64,000 nucleotides of DNA from Myxococcota bacterium (GTDB lineage: Bacteria; Myxococcota_A; UBA796; UBA2385), in the NCBI GenBank assembly GCA_044344255.1, contig JBIJDH010000005.1, forward strand, positions 64,001-128,000. The letters run 5' to 3'. Shown piece by piece: positions 1-8,477 of the stretch. The notes beneath the pieces were generated by a model. The model was not told the origin of the DNA and did no database searches. It saw only the letters and a list, made by a program, of their open reading frames with translations. Each line of letters begins with the position of its first letter. The first letter of the stretch is position 1. Both the position numbers and the translations under genes were made by a program.

Positions 1-317
1 GTGACGTCTTCGTCGACCGCGTTGTCGCAGTCATTGTCTACGCCGTCGCAGATCTCCACCCCGCCGGGGTTGGTCGAGGCGTCGGCGTCGTTGCAGTCCT
101 CCCCGGCGGGGAAGCCATCGCCGTCCAGGTCCGCGAGCGAGGTGTCTGTCCCACCCTCCCCCTCGGCGCCCTTGTCACCGCCTGCGCAGGACAGCAGGAG
201 GACCGACAGGCCGAGGCCGAGGCCGAGGCTGCGGGAGAGGCGGAGGAGCGCGGGGCGGAGGAGCGCGGGGCGGAGGAGCGCGGGGCGGAGGAGCGCGGGG
301 CGGGAGGTGGAGTTCAT
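1..317 (-). CDS. N-terminal part of a lipoprotein with a Cys/Asp putative metal-binding (MopE-related) repeat; runs off the window edge
   Basis: Manual translation from ATG 317 gives MNSTS(RPALL)4RLSRSLGLGLGLSVLLLSC...DLDGDGFPAGEDCNDADASTNPGGVEICDGVDNDCDNAVDEDV. It has a lipobox and the repeat motif. Not in the ORF track because there is no stop in the window. Confidence 0.85.
   Translation of the reverse strand, partial: MNSTSRPALLRPALLRPALLRPALLRLSRSLGLGLGLSVLLLSCAGGDKGAEGEGGTDTSLADLDGDGFPAGEDCNDADASTNPGGVEICDGVDNDCDNAVDEDV
241..300. repeat. Perfect 15-bp tandem repeat x4 (CGGAGGAGCGCGGGG), encoding RPALL x4 in a signal peptide
   Basis: Read directly from the sequence. Confidence 0.97.
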
Positions 318-344
318 CCGCCCATCTTGCCACGATCGGGGGGC

Positions 345-2543
345 CTATTGCGGGAAGAGGCGGGCCACCGTGGCCGCCCAGACCGGACCTTCGAGCGCCG
401 CCCAGGCGCGGGCCGCCTCGCCGACGAGGCCGCGGGCGTCTTTGCCGTAGGGGGCGATGGCGTTGTCGATCCAGCGGCCGAGCTCGGCGTCGGGGAGGCC
501 GGCCTGGAGGCCCTCGGCGACGCCGGGGATCACGACATCGGCGAAGTGGACCTTGTGCTCGACGGCCACGAGGTCGGAGACCCGGAGCGCCCAGGGGGGC
601 AGCGTGACGCCGACGAGGGCGAGCATCTGGAGGGTGAAGTCCTCGGCGAGGTCACGCACCTCGCGGTCCATCCGCCGCTGCTCGGCGGAGAGGGAGGCGC
701 CCTCGGCCAGGGGCGGGCTCGCGACCTCGACGTAGATCTTGTTCTTGGGCTCGGTGCCGCTCGGGCGGAGGATCACCCGGGCGTTGGTCCCGAGCTGCCA
801 CACGAGCACGTCGCGGCTGCCGCGGTCGGTCTCCGACAGGATGGGGCCGAAGGGGCCCGCCGGATCCTGTCGGTCAAAGAAGGCGGTGACCTTTCGGTTG
901 CCAATCGTGTGGAAGGGCCGCGCGCGGAGGGCCGACTGGATGTCCTGAATGGCCGCGCGGCCCTCGGCCCCGCGCATCACGGTGCTGACGAGCTCGTTTC
1001 GGACGTAGCCGACGCTGCGCCAGAGGTCCTCGAGGGTGTGGACGAGCGTGCGGCCGCGCTGCTTCTCGAGGCTGGCGAGCTCGGCGAGGAGCAGGGCGCC
1101 CCCGGCGGCGTCCTTGTCGCGGACCTCGGCCGTCACCAGCACCCCGTGCGACTCCTCGGCCCCCAGGACGAAGTCGGCCACGGTGCCCTGGACCTCGCCG
1201 AAGCGGCCGAGGCGGTCGAGCTGATCGATGGCGTCGCCGATATACTTGAAGCCGACCAGCAGGTCGCCCACCACCCGTGCGCCCTGTCGGCGGGCGACGC
1301 GGGCGACGAGGTCACTCGTGACCTCTGTCTTGAACACGATGGCCCGGCCGTCACCCTTGCGGTGGGAGAGGGCGTAGAACGCGATGAGGGCGGCGATCTC
1401 GTTGCCGCTGATGAAGCGCCAGGGGGCCGGATCGGAGGAGCCGGGGTCTGGGAGCTGCTCGCGGACCATCAGGCCGAGGCGGTCGGCGTCGGGGTCACAG
1501 GCGAGGACGATGTCGGCGCCGATGTGCTCGGCCTGCGCCACCGCGGCGGCCATGCTGCGCGGCACCTCGGGGTTCGGCACCCGAAAGGGGACGTTCGTGA
1601 AGGCGCCGTCGTACTCCGCCTGGGTGGGCTCGAGGGTGATGTCAAAGCCGGCCCGCTGGAGGAGGGCATAGACCGTGCGGCGGCCGGTGCCGTGCAGCGC
1701 CGTGAACACCACCCGGGCGTCGCGCGCCGAGGAGCGGCCGAGGGCGAGGTTCGCCTGGATGTAGGCCTCGTGCACCTCGGGGCCGATCTCACGCACCATC
1801 CCCGCGGCGCGGGCGCGGTCGAGCGGCATCCGGTCGACCCAGGTGACCGCCTCCACCTCGCGCGCCATCTGTTCGTCGCGGGGGGGCACCTCTTGCCCTC
1901 CCTTCACGTTGTAGAACTTGCCGCCGTTGTCGTCGGGCGGGTTGTGCGAGGCGCTGAGGTTGAGCCCGCCGTCGGCCCCGAGGAGGCGGATGGCGAAGGA
2001 GAGTTCGGGCGTGCTCATCGGCTGGTTGTCGGCCGGCAGATAGACGCTGATGTCGGCCGCCGCGTAGACCTCGGCCGCGATCTCGGCGAAGTCTCTCGAC
2101 GAGAGGCCCATCACGGGGGAGGCGACCCCGGGGATGAGCTGCCCGCGCAGGTCTTCGAAGCGACGCACGTCATTGGCGAGCACCACGGTGAGCGGCCCCG
2201 GCCCGCGGGTGTGGCGGAGGAAGGCCGCGTGGCCCTGAACGGAGGCGCCGAGCGTCCAGGGGTTGAAGCGGTTCGGCCCCACCCCGACCGTGCCGCGCCG
2301 GCCTGCGGTGCCGAAGGGCAGCACCTGATAGAAGCTGTCGACCAGCGTGGCCCAGCGCTCGGCCTGGATGAGGGCCTGGATCTGGGCGCGGTAGCTCGCG
2401 AAGGCGGGCTCGCTCAGCCAGCGCTCGAGGTTCTCCAGCGCGGCGTCCTGCACGGCGGGGGCGACGGTCAAGCGGGCGAAGCCGGCGCGGGCGGCAGCGC
2501 AGAGGACGTCGGTCGGGACGGGCTGGGACATCGGGGGCCTCAC
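345..2543 (-). CDS. Phosphoglucomutase/phosphomannomutase family protein
   Basis: Motifs FGTAGRRG, SASHNP (phosphoserine loop), DPDADR (metal loop), GAEESHG and RPSGTEPK. The start may be ATG 2531. Confidence 0.93.
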   Translation of the reverse strand: MRPPMSQPVPTDVLCAAARAGFARLTVAPAVQDAALENLERWLSEPAFASYRAQIQALIQAERWATLVDSFYQVLPFGTAGRRGTVGVGPNRFNPWTLGASVQGHAAFLRHTRGPGPLTVVLANDVRRFEDLRGQLIPGVASPVMGLSSRDFAEIAAEVYAAADISVYLPADNQPMSTPELSFAIRLLGADGGLNLSASHNPPDDNGGKFYNVKGGQEVPPRDEQMAREVEAVTWVDRMPLDRARAAGMVREIGPEVHEAYIQANLALGRSSARDARVVFTALHGTGRRTVYALLQRAGFDITLEPTQAEYDGAFTNVPFRVPNPEVPRSMAAAVAQAEHIGADIVLACDPDADRLGLMVREQLPDPGSSDPAPWRFISGNEIAALIAFYALSHRKGDGRAIVFKTEVTSDLVARVARRQGARVVGDLLVGFKYIGDAIDQLDRLGRFGEVQGTVADFVLGAEESHGVLVTAEVRDKDAAGGALLLAELASLEKQRGRTLVHTLEDLWRSVGYVRNELVSTVMRGAEGRAAIQDIQSALRARPFHTIGNRKVTAFFDRQDPAGPFGPILSETDRGSRDVLVWQLGTNARVILRPSGTEPKNKIYVEVASPPLAEGASLSAEQRRMDREVRDLAEDFTLQMLALVGVTLPPWALRVSDLVAVEHKVHFADVVIPGVAEGLQAGLPDAELGRWIDNAIAPYGKDARGLVGEAARAWAALEGPVWAATVARLFPQ

Positions 2544-2572
2544 GGGTGCCGGAGGCTATCACCCTGCGGGCC

Positions 2573-3517
2573 TCACCAGACGAGCAGCTCCGGCACCGCC
2601 CCGCGCCCGCCCGCGGCGGAGTTGATGGCGCGCGGCATCAGCACCACCCGGTGCTTGAACTCCGGGCCGTAGAGGGCGCGGGTGGTGCCGGTGTCGCTGT
2701 TGCTCACCACCACCGTGACACCGCGGGCCTTGAGCGTGAGGGCGACGTCGCGCACGCGGGCCTGATCGGCGGGGCCGAAGCCCTCGCGGGTGTAGGCGGT
2801 GAAGGAGGCCGTCTCGGAGACGGGGACGTAGGGGGGATCGAGGTAGACGAAGTCGCCGGCCTCCGCGCGGTCGAGCACGCGCTCGAAGGGGCTGTGCTCG
2901 ATGTCGACGCCCATCAGCACGCGGGCGCAGGCGCGCAGGTTCTCCTCGTCGCAGATGTTCGGGTTCTCGTACTTGCCCCAGGGCGTGTTGAAGCGCCCCT
3001 TGGAGTTTACGCGATAGAGCCCATTGTATGCGGTCTTGTTGAGGTAGATCATCCAGGCGGCGACGTCGGCGTCGTCTTCGACCTCATCGACCGACCAGCC
3101 GCGCATGTCGTTGAAGTGCTCGACCGAGTGGGCGAGGCTGTGCTCGCGGAGGCGGTCGATCACGGCCTGCACATCATCGCGGATGGCCCGCCAGGTGCGG
3201 ATCAGGCGCGGATTCATGTCGGTCAGCGTGGCCCAGGGCAGCGTGGCGCCGGCCTCGGGGGGCATCCCGGCGGCGATGCCGAAGAAGAGCGCCCCGCCGC
3301 CGAGGAAGGGCTCGTGGTAGGCCCGAAAGCCGCCCGGCACGTGGCGGAGGATCTCCTCGACGAGGCGCCGCTTCCCGCCGACCCACTTGAGGAAGGGCCG
3401 CGCAGGCGTCGAGGGCGGCGCGAGCCGGCCCACGGGCGCCGGCAGCGAGACCCCCTGCCGCTCGGGCGCGGGAGTGGACAGGACGGGCGCGGCGGCGAGG
3501 GCGGAGTTGGTTGACAT
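2573..3517 (-). CDS. dam: Dam-family N6-adenine DNA methyltransferase (orphan)
   Basis: Motifs FLKWVGGK, EPFLGGG (SAM binding), YNGLYRVN..G.FNTP (target recognition) and DPPY (catalytic). The start is 3517 or 3541. Confidence 0.9.
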   Translation of the reverse strand: MSTNSALAAAPVLSTPAPERQGVSLPAPVGRLAPPSTPARPFLKWVGGKRRLVEEILRHVPGGFRAYHEPFLGGGALFFGIAAGMPPEAGATLPWATLTDMNPRLIRTWRAIRDDVQAVIDRLREHSLAHSVEHFNDMRGWSVDEVEDDADVAAWMIYLNKTAYNGLYRVNSKGRFNTPWGKYENPNICDEENLRACARVLMGVDIEHSPFERVLDRAEAGDFVYLDPPYVPVSETASFTAYTREGFGPADQARVRDVALTLKARGVTVVVSNSDTGTTRALYGPEFKHRVVLMPRAINSAAGGRGAVPELLVW

Positions 3518-3666
3518 GGTTCCGAGATATACTCTTGCCATGTCAAGGGCACAAGGCCCGAGGCGCCACTTCTTCGCGCTCCGTCGAGGTGGATCCAGGC
3601 TCGGATCGGGCGACCCCCGCGTGGCCTCCCCTCGGAGGGGCCGGCCGCCTGCGCTATGCTGCCGCG

Positions 3667-4935
3667 ATGTCGCACCCGCCCTTCGCCTGCCTCTCCGCGC
3701 GCCTCGGTCTCTTTGTCTTGCTGGCGCTGCCCCTGTCGCTGTCTTCGCCGGCCCACGCGGCCAAGAAGGCCCCGCCGCCCCCGCCGGCCGGTCCGCTGGT
3801 CGAGCTCGGAGAGAGCTTCCCGGTCGAGACCAGCCTCGACGACCCCGCGGTGCGGGACGCGCAGGTGATCTGGCTGGAGATGATCGGCCGCGCCAAGGTG
3901 AGCGTGGACGTGGCCGAGTTCTACATCACCGCCACCCCGGGCTCACGGATGGAGCCCGTGGTGCAGGCCCTCCAGGCGGCTGGCAAGCGCGGCGTGAAGG
4001 TGAGGGTGCTCGCCGACGCGAAATTCGCCAAGACCTACCCCGAACAGCTCGACCTGCTCGGCAAGAGCACCGGCGTTGAGCTCCGCCGATACGACATGAA
4101 CCCGCTCACGGGTGGCGTGCTGCACGCCAAGTACTTCGTGGTCGACGGGGTGGAGGGCTGGGTGGGCAGCCAGAACATGGACTGGCGCTCGCTCACCCAC
4201 ATCGGCGAGCTGGGGCTGCGCTTCACGGAGCCTGGCGCCGTCTCGGCCCTGTCCCGTGTCTTCGAGCTCGACTGGCGCGTCGCCGGCGGGGAGGCGCCCC
4301 CCGCCCTCACCCCGGTCGACGACGGCGCCGCGGCGGACCCGCTCCCCATGGCGGCCGCCACCTTCAACGGCCAGCCCGTCACCGTCGCCCTCGCCGCCAG
4401 CCCCGGGGAGCTCTTGCCGGCCAGCGTGCCCTGGGATCTCCCGCCCCTGCTCGCGATCATCGACGGCGCCAAGACGAGCGTGAAGCTCGAATTCCTCACC
4501 TACTCCACGAGCGGCTACGACAAGGTCTATTGGGACGCGCTCGACCGCTCGCTCCGCCGGGCCGCCAACCGAGGCGTAAAGGTGGAGCTGCTCGTCGCCG
4601 ACTGGTCGAAGAAGTACCCCGAGGCCCTCCAGAGCCTCGAAGTGATGAAGAACATCGACGTGAAGTTCATGGTCATCCCGGTCTGGTCGGGGGGCTTCGT
4701 CGACTTCTCCCGGGTGATGCACAGCAAGTACCTCGTCGCCGACGGGGCCCGCGCCTGGTTGGGCACGAGCAACGCCAGCCGGGACTACTTCCACGGCAGC
4801 CGGAACGTGAGCCTCTTCGTCGACGGCGCGCCCTTCGCCCAGGCCCTCGAGCAGCACTTCGCCCTGTCTTGGGGCAGCCCCTACGCCGAGGCGGTCAACC
4901 CCGCCGCGGCCTATACGGCGCCGAAGACCAAATAG
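3667..4935 (+). CDS. Secreted phospholipase D superfamily protein (PLD3/PLD4/K4L-like)
   Basis: Signal peptide ending AHA. Two HKD motifs: HAKYFVVD..GSQNMDWRSL and HSKYLVAD..GTSN. Confidence 0.9.
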   Translation: MSHPPFACLSARLGLFVLLALPLSLSSPAHAAKKAPPPPPAGPLVELGESFPVETSLDDPAVRDAQVIWLEMIGRAKVSVDVAEFYITATPGSRMEPVVQALQAAGKRGVKVRVLADAKFAKTYPEQLDLLGKSTGVELRRYDMNPLTGGVLHAKYFVVDGVEGWVGSQNMDWRSLTHIGELGLRFTEPGAVSALSRVFELDWRVAGGEAPPALTPVDDGAAADPLPMAAATFNGQPVTVALAASPGELLPASVPWDLPPLLAIIDGAKTSVKLEFLTYSTSGYDKVYWDALDRSLRRAANRGVKVELLVADWSKKYPEALQSLEVMKNIDVKFMVIPVWSGGFVDFSRVMHSKYLVADGARAWLGTSNASRDYFHGSRNVSLFVDGAPFAQALEQHFALSWGSPYAEAVNPAAAYTAPKTK

Positions 4936-4950
4936 CCGAAGACCAAATAG
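4921..4950. repeat. 15-bp tandem duplication CCGAAGACCAAATAG x2 spanning the PLD stop codon
   Basis: Read directly from the sequence. Confidence 0.95.
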
Positions 4951-4968
4951 GGCGGCAGGGCCGAAGGG

Positions 4969-5451
4969 CTATCCCTGGTCGAGGTCCAGCCGGATGGTGC
5001 CGAGCACCCCGACGCCCCAGTCGACGCCGATGGCCTCGAGCTGGAACGTCCCGTCGTCCTGCTCCTCGACGGTGAAGTTGAGCGCCGTCTCTCCGCCGCC
5101 GTACGCGAGCCCCACCACCTGGGTGCCCTCGTCGAGGTCGACGGGGCCGCCGCCGTATTGGAGGGGGGCGTCGGTGAGCGTGATGAAGGCGCGCTCGTTG
5201 ACGCTCCAGATGCGGCTGATCACATAGACCGAGCCGCCCGGCCCGGTGGTGCCCTCTTCCCGAAACTCGATGAAGCCGGAGTCCTCGACCTCGACCGCCT
5301 CCTCGCCGTCCATCTCGACCGACTGGCGGACGATCGAGAAGTATCCGCCGAGCTCCGAGCGGCTGATGCAGCCGGGGAGGAGGGGGAGGGGGAGGGCCAG
5401 GAGCAGGCCGAGGGGGAGCGCGCTCCGATGCGGATCGTGGGCGAGGCGCAT
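4969..5451 (-). CDS. Hypothetical lipoprotein
   Basis: Hydrophobic signal with LLPGC lipobox. Its start overlaps the upstream stop (TGATG). Confidence 0.75.
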   Translation of the reverse strand: MRLAHDPHRSALPLGLLLALPLPLLPGCISRSELGGYFSIVRQSVEMDGEEAVEVEDSGFIEFREEGTTGPGGSVYVISRIWSVNERAFITLTDAPLQYGGGPVDLDEGTQVVGLAYGGGETALNFTVEEQDDGTFQLEAIGVDWGVGVLGTIRLDLDQG

Positions 5452-6761
5452 CAGAAGCCTCCCTTGATGAGGGCCTGCCAGGACACGGCGTTTCGGGCGA
5501 AAGGATAGAGCTGGAGCTGGTCCGGGTCATTGTAGAGCAGCGCGACCCGGGCCTCGAAGGGGGCGCTCCGCCCCTCACCCTGGGCAGCCAGCTCGAGGCG
5601 CCCCGAGGGGAGGCGGCCGGGGCCGTTCCCCTGCGACCAGGAGGCCGGCGGGCTCACGAAGCCCCCCTGGACCAGCGCGCCCACTCGGTCTTCGACCTCG
5701 CCGGTGCGGGGGCTGTGGAAGTCAGGGGTGTGCAGGCCGAGCGTGAGGTCCGACACCGCGGCCTGGGGTTCGAAGCGGTAGCGGGCCATGAGGTCGGCTA
5801 CCCGAAACAGGCTCCGCTGCTGGAGCTGCCCGGCGCGCAGGCGGGCCAGGGACTCGGCGAGGCTGGGGTCCTCTTCGGCCTCGGCGGGGGTGGCGGAGAG
5901 GCCGGCGCCGGTGAAGGGGAGGTCTTGATAGGCCACGCTGGAGAGGCCGATGAGGTCTGCGGCCTGGTCGCCGAGGAAGCCGAGCTGCGCCCGATCGACG
6001 CCCACCTGGAGGAGGTTTCCGGTGTAGGTGGTGCGCGCGCCGAAGGCATAGAAGCCGAAGCGGTCTTCGGCGACGCTCGCGTAACCGCCGCGAGAGCCCA
6101 TATAGGCGGCCGCCGCGTGGGCGCCGCGGCCGTTCCAGGTGGCCCCCGCCAGCCAGTCGAGGCCGAGGCCGGCGGAGGCGCCGTTGAATTGCGTGGGCCC
6201 TGGCACGACGAGGTCAAGGGGGGCCGCGGCGGCGGAGAAGGCGAGCATGTAGGTGAGGCCCACGAAGCCGGTGAGGAAGTGCCGCGTGAACTGGTCTCCG
6301 CCCACCACGCCGCCGTACGTGGCGCTGCCGGCGTAGATGAAGCCAAAGTTACCCTTGCGCCAGGTGAAGCCGAAGTTGGCTGCTTGGAGGTCGAGCGGGC
6401 GCATCGCGACGCGGTTCTCTGCGAAGCAGTCGTCGGGCCGGTCGAGCGAGGCCGGCTGCCAGACGGGAACCCGCGCCGCCGCGTAGGTGACGTTGATGTC
6501 ATAGACGACGAAGCCGCCGTCCTCGGGCGGGCGCATCAGGTGCCGGGCCGCGAAGGCCGCCGCCGAGTAGGTGTTGGCGTTGGTCTGGATGGCCTCGGCG
6601 GCGTTCCGGAGGCCCGAGGTGCCCATGATGGCGGAGGGGAGGCCGCAGTCGGTGCCCTCGGGGCTGAAGGTGGAGGTCTGCTGGGCCCAGGCAGCGCCGG
6701 AGGACAGGGTGAGCCAGATAGAGAGGGAGAAGGAGGAGAGGGAGAAGCGGGCGAGGGACAT
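5451..6761 (-). CDS. Hypothetical secreted or outer-membrane protein
   Basis: Signal peptide ending AWA, a beta-rich body and a C-terminal Phe. Tightly coupled to its neighbours. Confidence 0.75.
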   Translation of the reverse strand: MSLARFSLSSFSLSIWLTLSSGAAWAQQTSTFSPEGTDCGLPSAIMGTSGLRNAAEAIQTNANTYSAAAFAARHLMRPPEDGGFVVYDINVTYAAARVPVWQPASLDRPDDCFAENRVAMRPLDLQAANFGFTWRKGNFGFIYAGSATYGGVVGGDQFTRHFLTGFVGLTYMLAFSAAAAPLDLVVPGPTQFNGASAGLGLDWLAGATWNGRGAHAAAAYMGSRGGYASVAEDRFGFYAFGARTTYTGNLLQVGVDRAQLGFLGDQAADLIGLSSVAYQDLPFTGAGLSATPAEAEEDPSLAESLARLRAGQLQQRSLFRVADLMARYRFEPQAAVSDLTLGLHTPDFHSPRTGEVEDRVGALVQGGFVSPPASWSQGNGPGRLPSGRLELAAQGEGRSAPFEARVALLYNDPDQLQLYPFARNAVSWQALIKGGF

Positions 6762-6763
6762 GT

Positions 6764-7144
6764 TCAACCTCCCGCCTTCGGCTCGACCACGAGGGCGCAG
6801 CCCGGAGAGACCGACACATAGGCCGAGATGTCGTCTCCGTAGGACTCGACGAGGTCGCAGGGCAGCTCCTGGATGCGGAAGGCGCAGTCGAAGAGGTCTT
6901 CGGGGGCCACGGCACCCCCCTCGTCCACCTCGTGCTCGATGCAGGCGTACTGATCGACGAAGGCGTCGTGGCGGTCGTTGGCGAGGTCGGTGTCGCCGGT
7001 GCAGACCTCGGTGACCGCGGCGATGGCGTAGCCCACCTCCTGACAGTACTGGTCGGGGGGCATCGGCTTGAAGGCGACGCAGCCCGCCAGCAGCGGGACG
7101 GTCAGGGCGAAGACCGAGGGGGCGGGTGACCGAGCGGTCGTCAT
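6764..7144 (-). CDS. Hypothetical Cys-rich lipoprotein
   Basis: LLAGC lipobox plus six further Cys. Overlaps the upstream gene by 4 bp. Confidence 0.75.
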   Translation of the reverse strand: MTTARSPAPSVFALTVPLLAGCVAFKPMPPDQYCQEVGYAIAAVTEVCTGDTDLANDRHDAFVDQYACIEHEVDEGGAVAPEDLFDCAFRIQELPCDLVESYGDDISAYVSVSPGCALVVEPKAGG

Positions 7145-7641
7145 GGCACCACCGGGAGGGTGGGGTTGTCGTCCCCCAGCCGAAAGCCGAGGAGCGGCTC
7201 CAGGCTGAGGCTGTCGCGGACGATGAAGCCCTGTCCGAGCAGGCCCTCCGCGGCCGAGGTCGCCCCGGGGCCGAGGTCCATCGCCCAGGCCTCCATGCAG
7301 GCGGTGTCCACCGTGAGCAGCACCACGGTGCCGCCAGTCGAATTCACGAGGGTGTAGGTCTCCAGCTCGACGCTGGCGCTGGCGATGCAGTAGGGGGCCG
7401 GGTCACCGGGGTTGAGCGCCACCTGCTCGGTGGGGGCGGTGGAGCCGCTGTCGGTGCCGTCGGTGCCGTCGGTGCCGTCGGTGCCGTCCGTTCCGCTGGT
7501 GTCGTCGGCGGTGAGGCCCGCGCCGGCGTCGGGGTAGTGGAGGGGCCCGATCTGACAGCCGAGGAGCAGGAGCGCCGTGGAGGGGGATGTCCTCGTGGAC
7601 CTTGCGGAGCCTCGTTGAGCCGGGGGGTGAACCATTGGCAT
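7141..7641 (-). CDS. Hypothetical lipoprotein with a (GTD)n linker
   Basis: LLLGC lipobox. A 9-bp repeat x4 at 7450-7485 encodes GTD. Confidence 0.7.
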   Translation of the reverse strand: MPMVHPPAQRGSARSTRTSPSTALLLLGCQIGPLHYPDAGAGLTADDTSGTDGTDGTDGTDGTDSGSTAPTEQVALNPGDPAPYCIASASVELETYTLVNSTGGTVVLLTVDTACMEAWAMDLGPGATSAAEGLLGQGFIVRDSLSLEPLLGFRLGDDNPTLPVVP

Positions 7642-7819
7642 AGCCCACGGCGCCCCCCGTCTCGGCGAGGGTGTGGTTGTCGCCTGATCTGGGGCAGCCT
7701 GCGGGCGGTGACGAGGCCGTCGGCGGGTGCGCGGAGATCACCGCCGCGTCGGCTACGGCGCTGCGGCGGGACCTTCGGTCCGGGAGAGGGACGAACGGGG
7801 AGAGAGGCGCGCGGGCGCC

Positions 7820-8419
7820 TCAGTCACAGGCGCTCCAGAGGCCCTGACCCGCGTCGCGTGCGTCGCGCTCGTCCTCGTTGAAGAGATCCTCAAAGCTCGT
7901 GTTCGGCTCGATGGCCAGCGTGGAGGCCCAGCCGCCCTGCAGGAGCTCGCGCTCGTAGAAGTCGCCGTCGCCGTCGCCAGTGTGGATGTAGGCGAGGGTG
8001 CGGTCGTAGTAGTCCCTACACTCACCATCAAACGTGAGCCAGACGGTCTTTCCCTCGAGCGCGGAGCGGGTGAAGTCGGCGGCCTCGTCGCCGTAACAGT
8101 CGGCCGGGTTGCCCTCGTGGGCGATCTCCGGCGTGTCGACGCCGATGAAGCGGACGTCCTCCTCCCCCTCGTCGGTGGTGATGTAGGCGGTGTCGCCGTC
8201 GACCACGTAGGTCACCCGCCCGAGGACGGGGGGCCGGCAGGGGCTCGCGCCGGCGGGGAGGGTGGAGGGGTCGATGTCCTCCAGGGGGTCGTGCGGGCGG
8301 GTGCCGGTGTCGCCCCCACCGTCCGCGCCGTCGGTGCCGGAGCTGTCGGCGGTGTCGTCCGGCTTGCCGTCTTCTACGGTGCGGCCCGTCACGCAGGCGA
8401 CGAAGAGCCAGATGATCAC
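7820..8419 (-). CDS. Thermonuclease (SNase-like) lipoprotein
   Basis: Catalytic motifs VVDGDT, VRFIGVDTPE and RDYYDRTLAY. FVAC lipobox and GLW terminus. Confidence 0.92.
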   Translation of the reverse strand: MIIWLFVACVTGRTVEDGKPDDTADSSGTDGADGGGDTGTRPHDPLEDIDPSTLPAGASPCRPPVLGRVTYVVDGDTAYITTDEGEEDVRFIGVDTPEIAHEGNPADCYGDEAADFTRSALEGKTVWLTFDGECRDYYDRTLAYIHTGDGDGDFYERELLQGGWASTLAIEPNTSFEDLFNEDERDARDAGQGLWSACD

Positions 8420-8477
8420 GATGCCTCCAGTGCGGGCATCGTATCCCGGGCCGCCGCGCTCCGCTCCGCCGGCGGGC

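Noticed and set aside
327..2672. Long ORFs antisense to real genes (also 9348-10955, 24770-28720, 33632-36703, 46070-49066, 49455-52526, 61581-63596)
   Set aside because: They are shadow frames of high-GC coding DNA. The opposite strand carries clear family motifs and these ORFs have none.
2573..4935. Dam plus PLD as a restriction-modification pair
   Set aside because: The PLD is divergently transcribed, has a signal peptide and two HKD motifs, and does not resemble a BfiI-type restriction enzyme.
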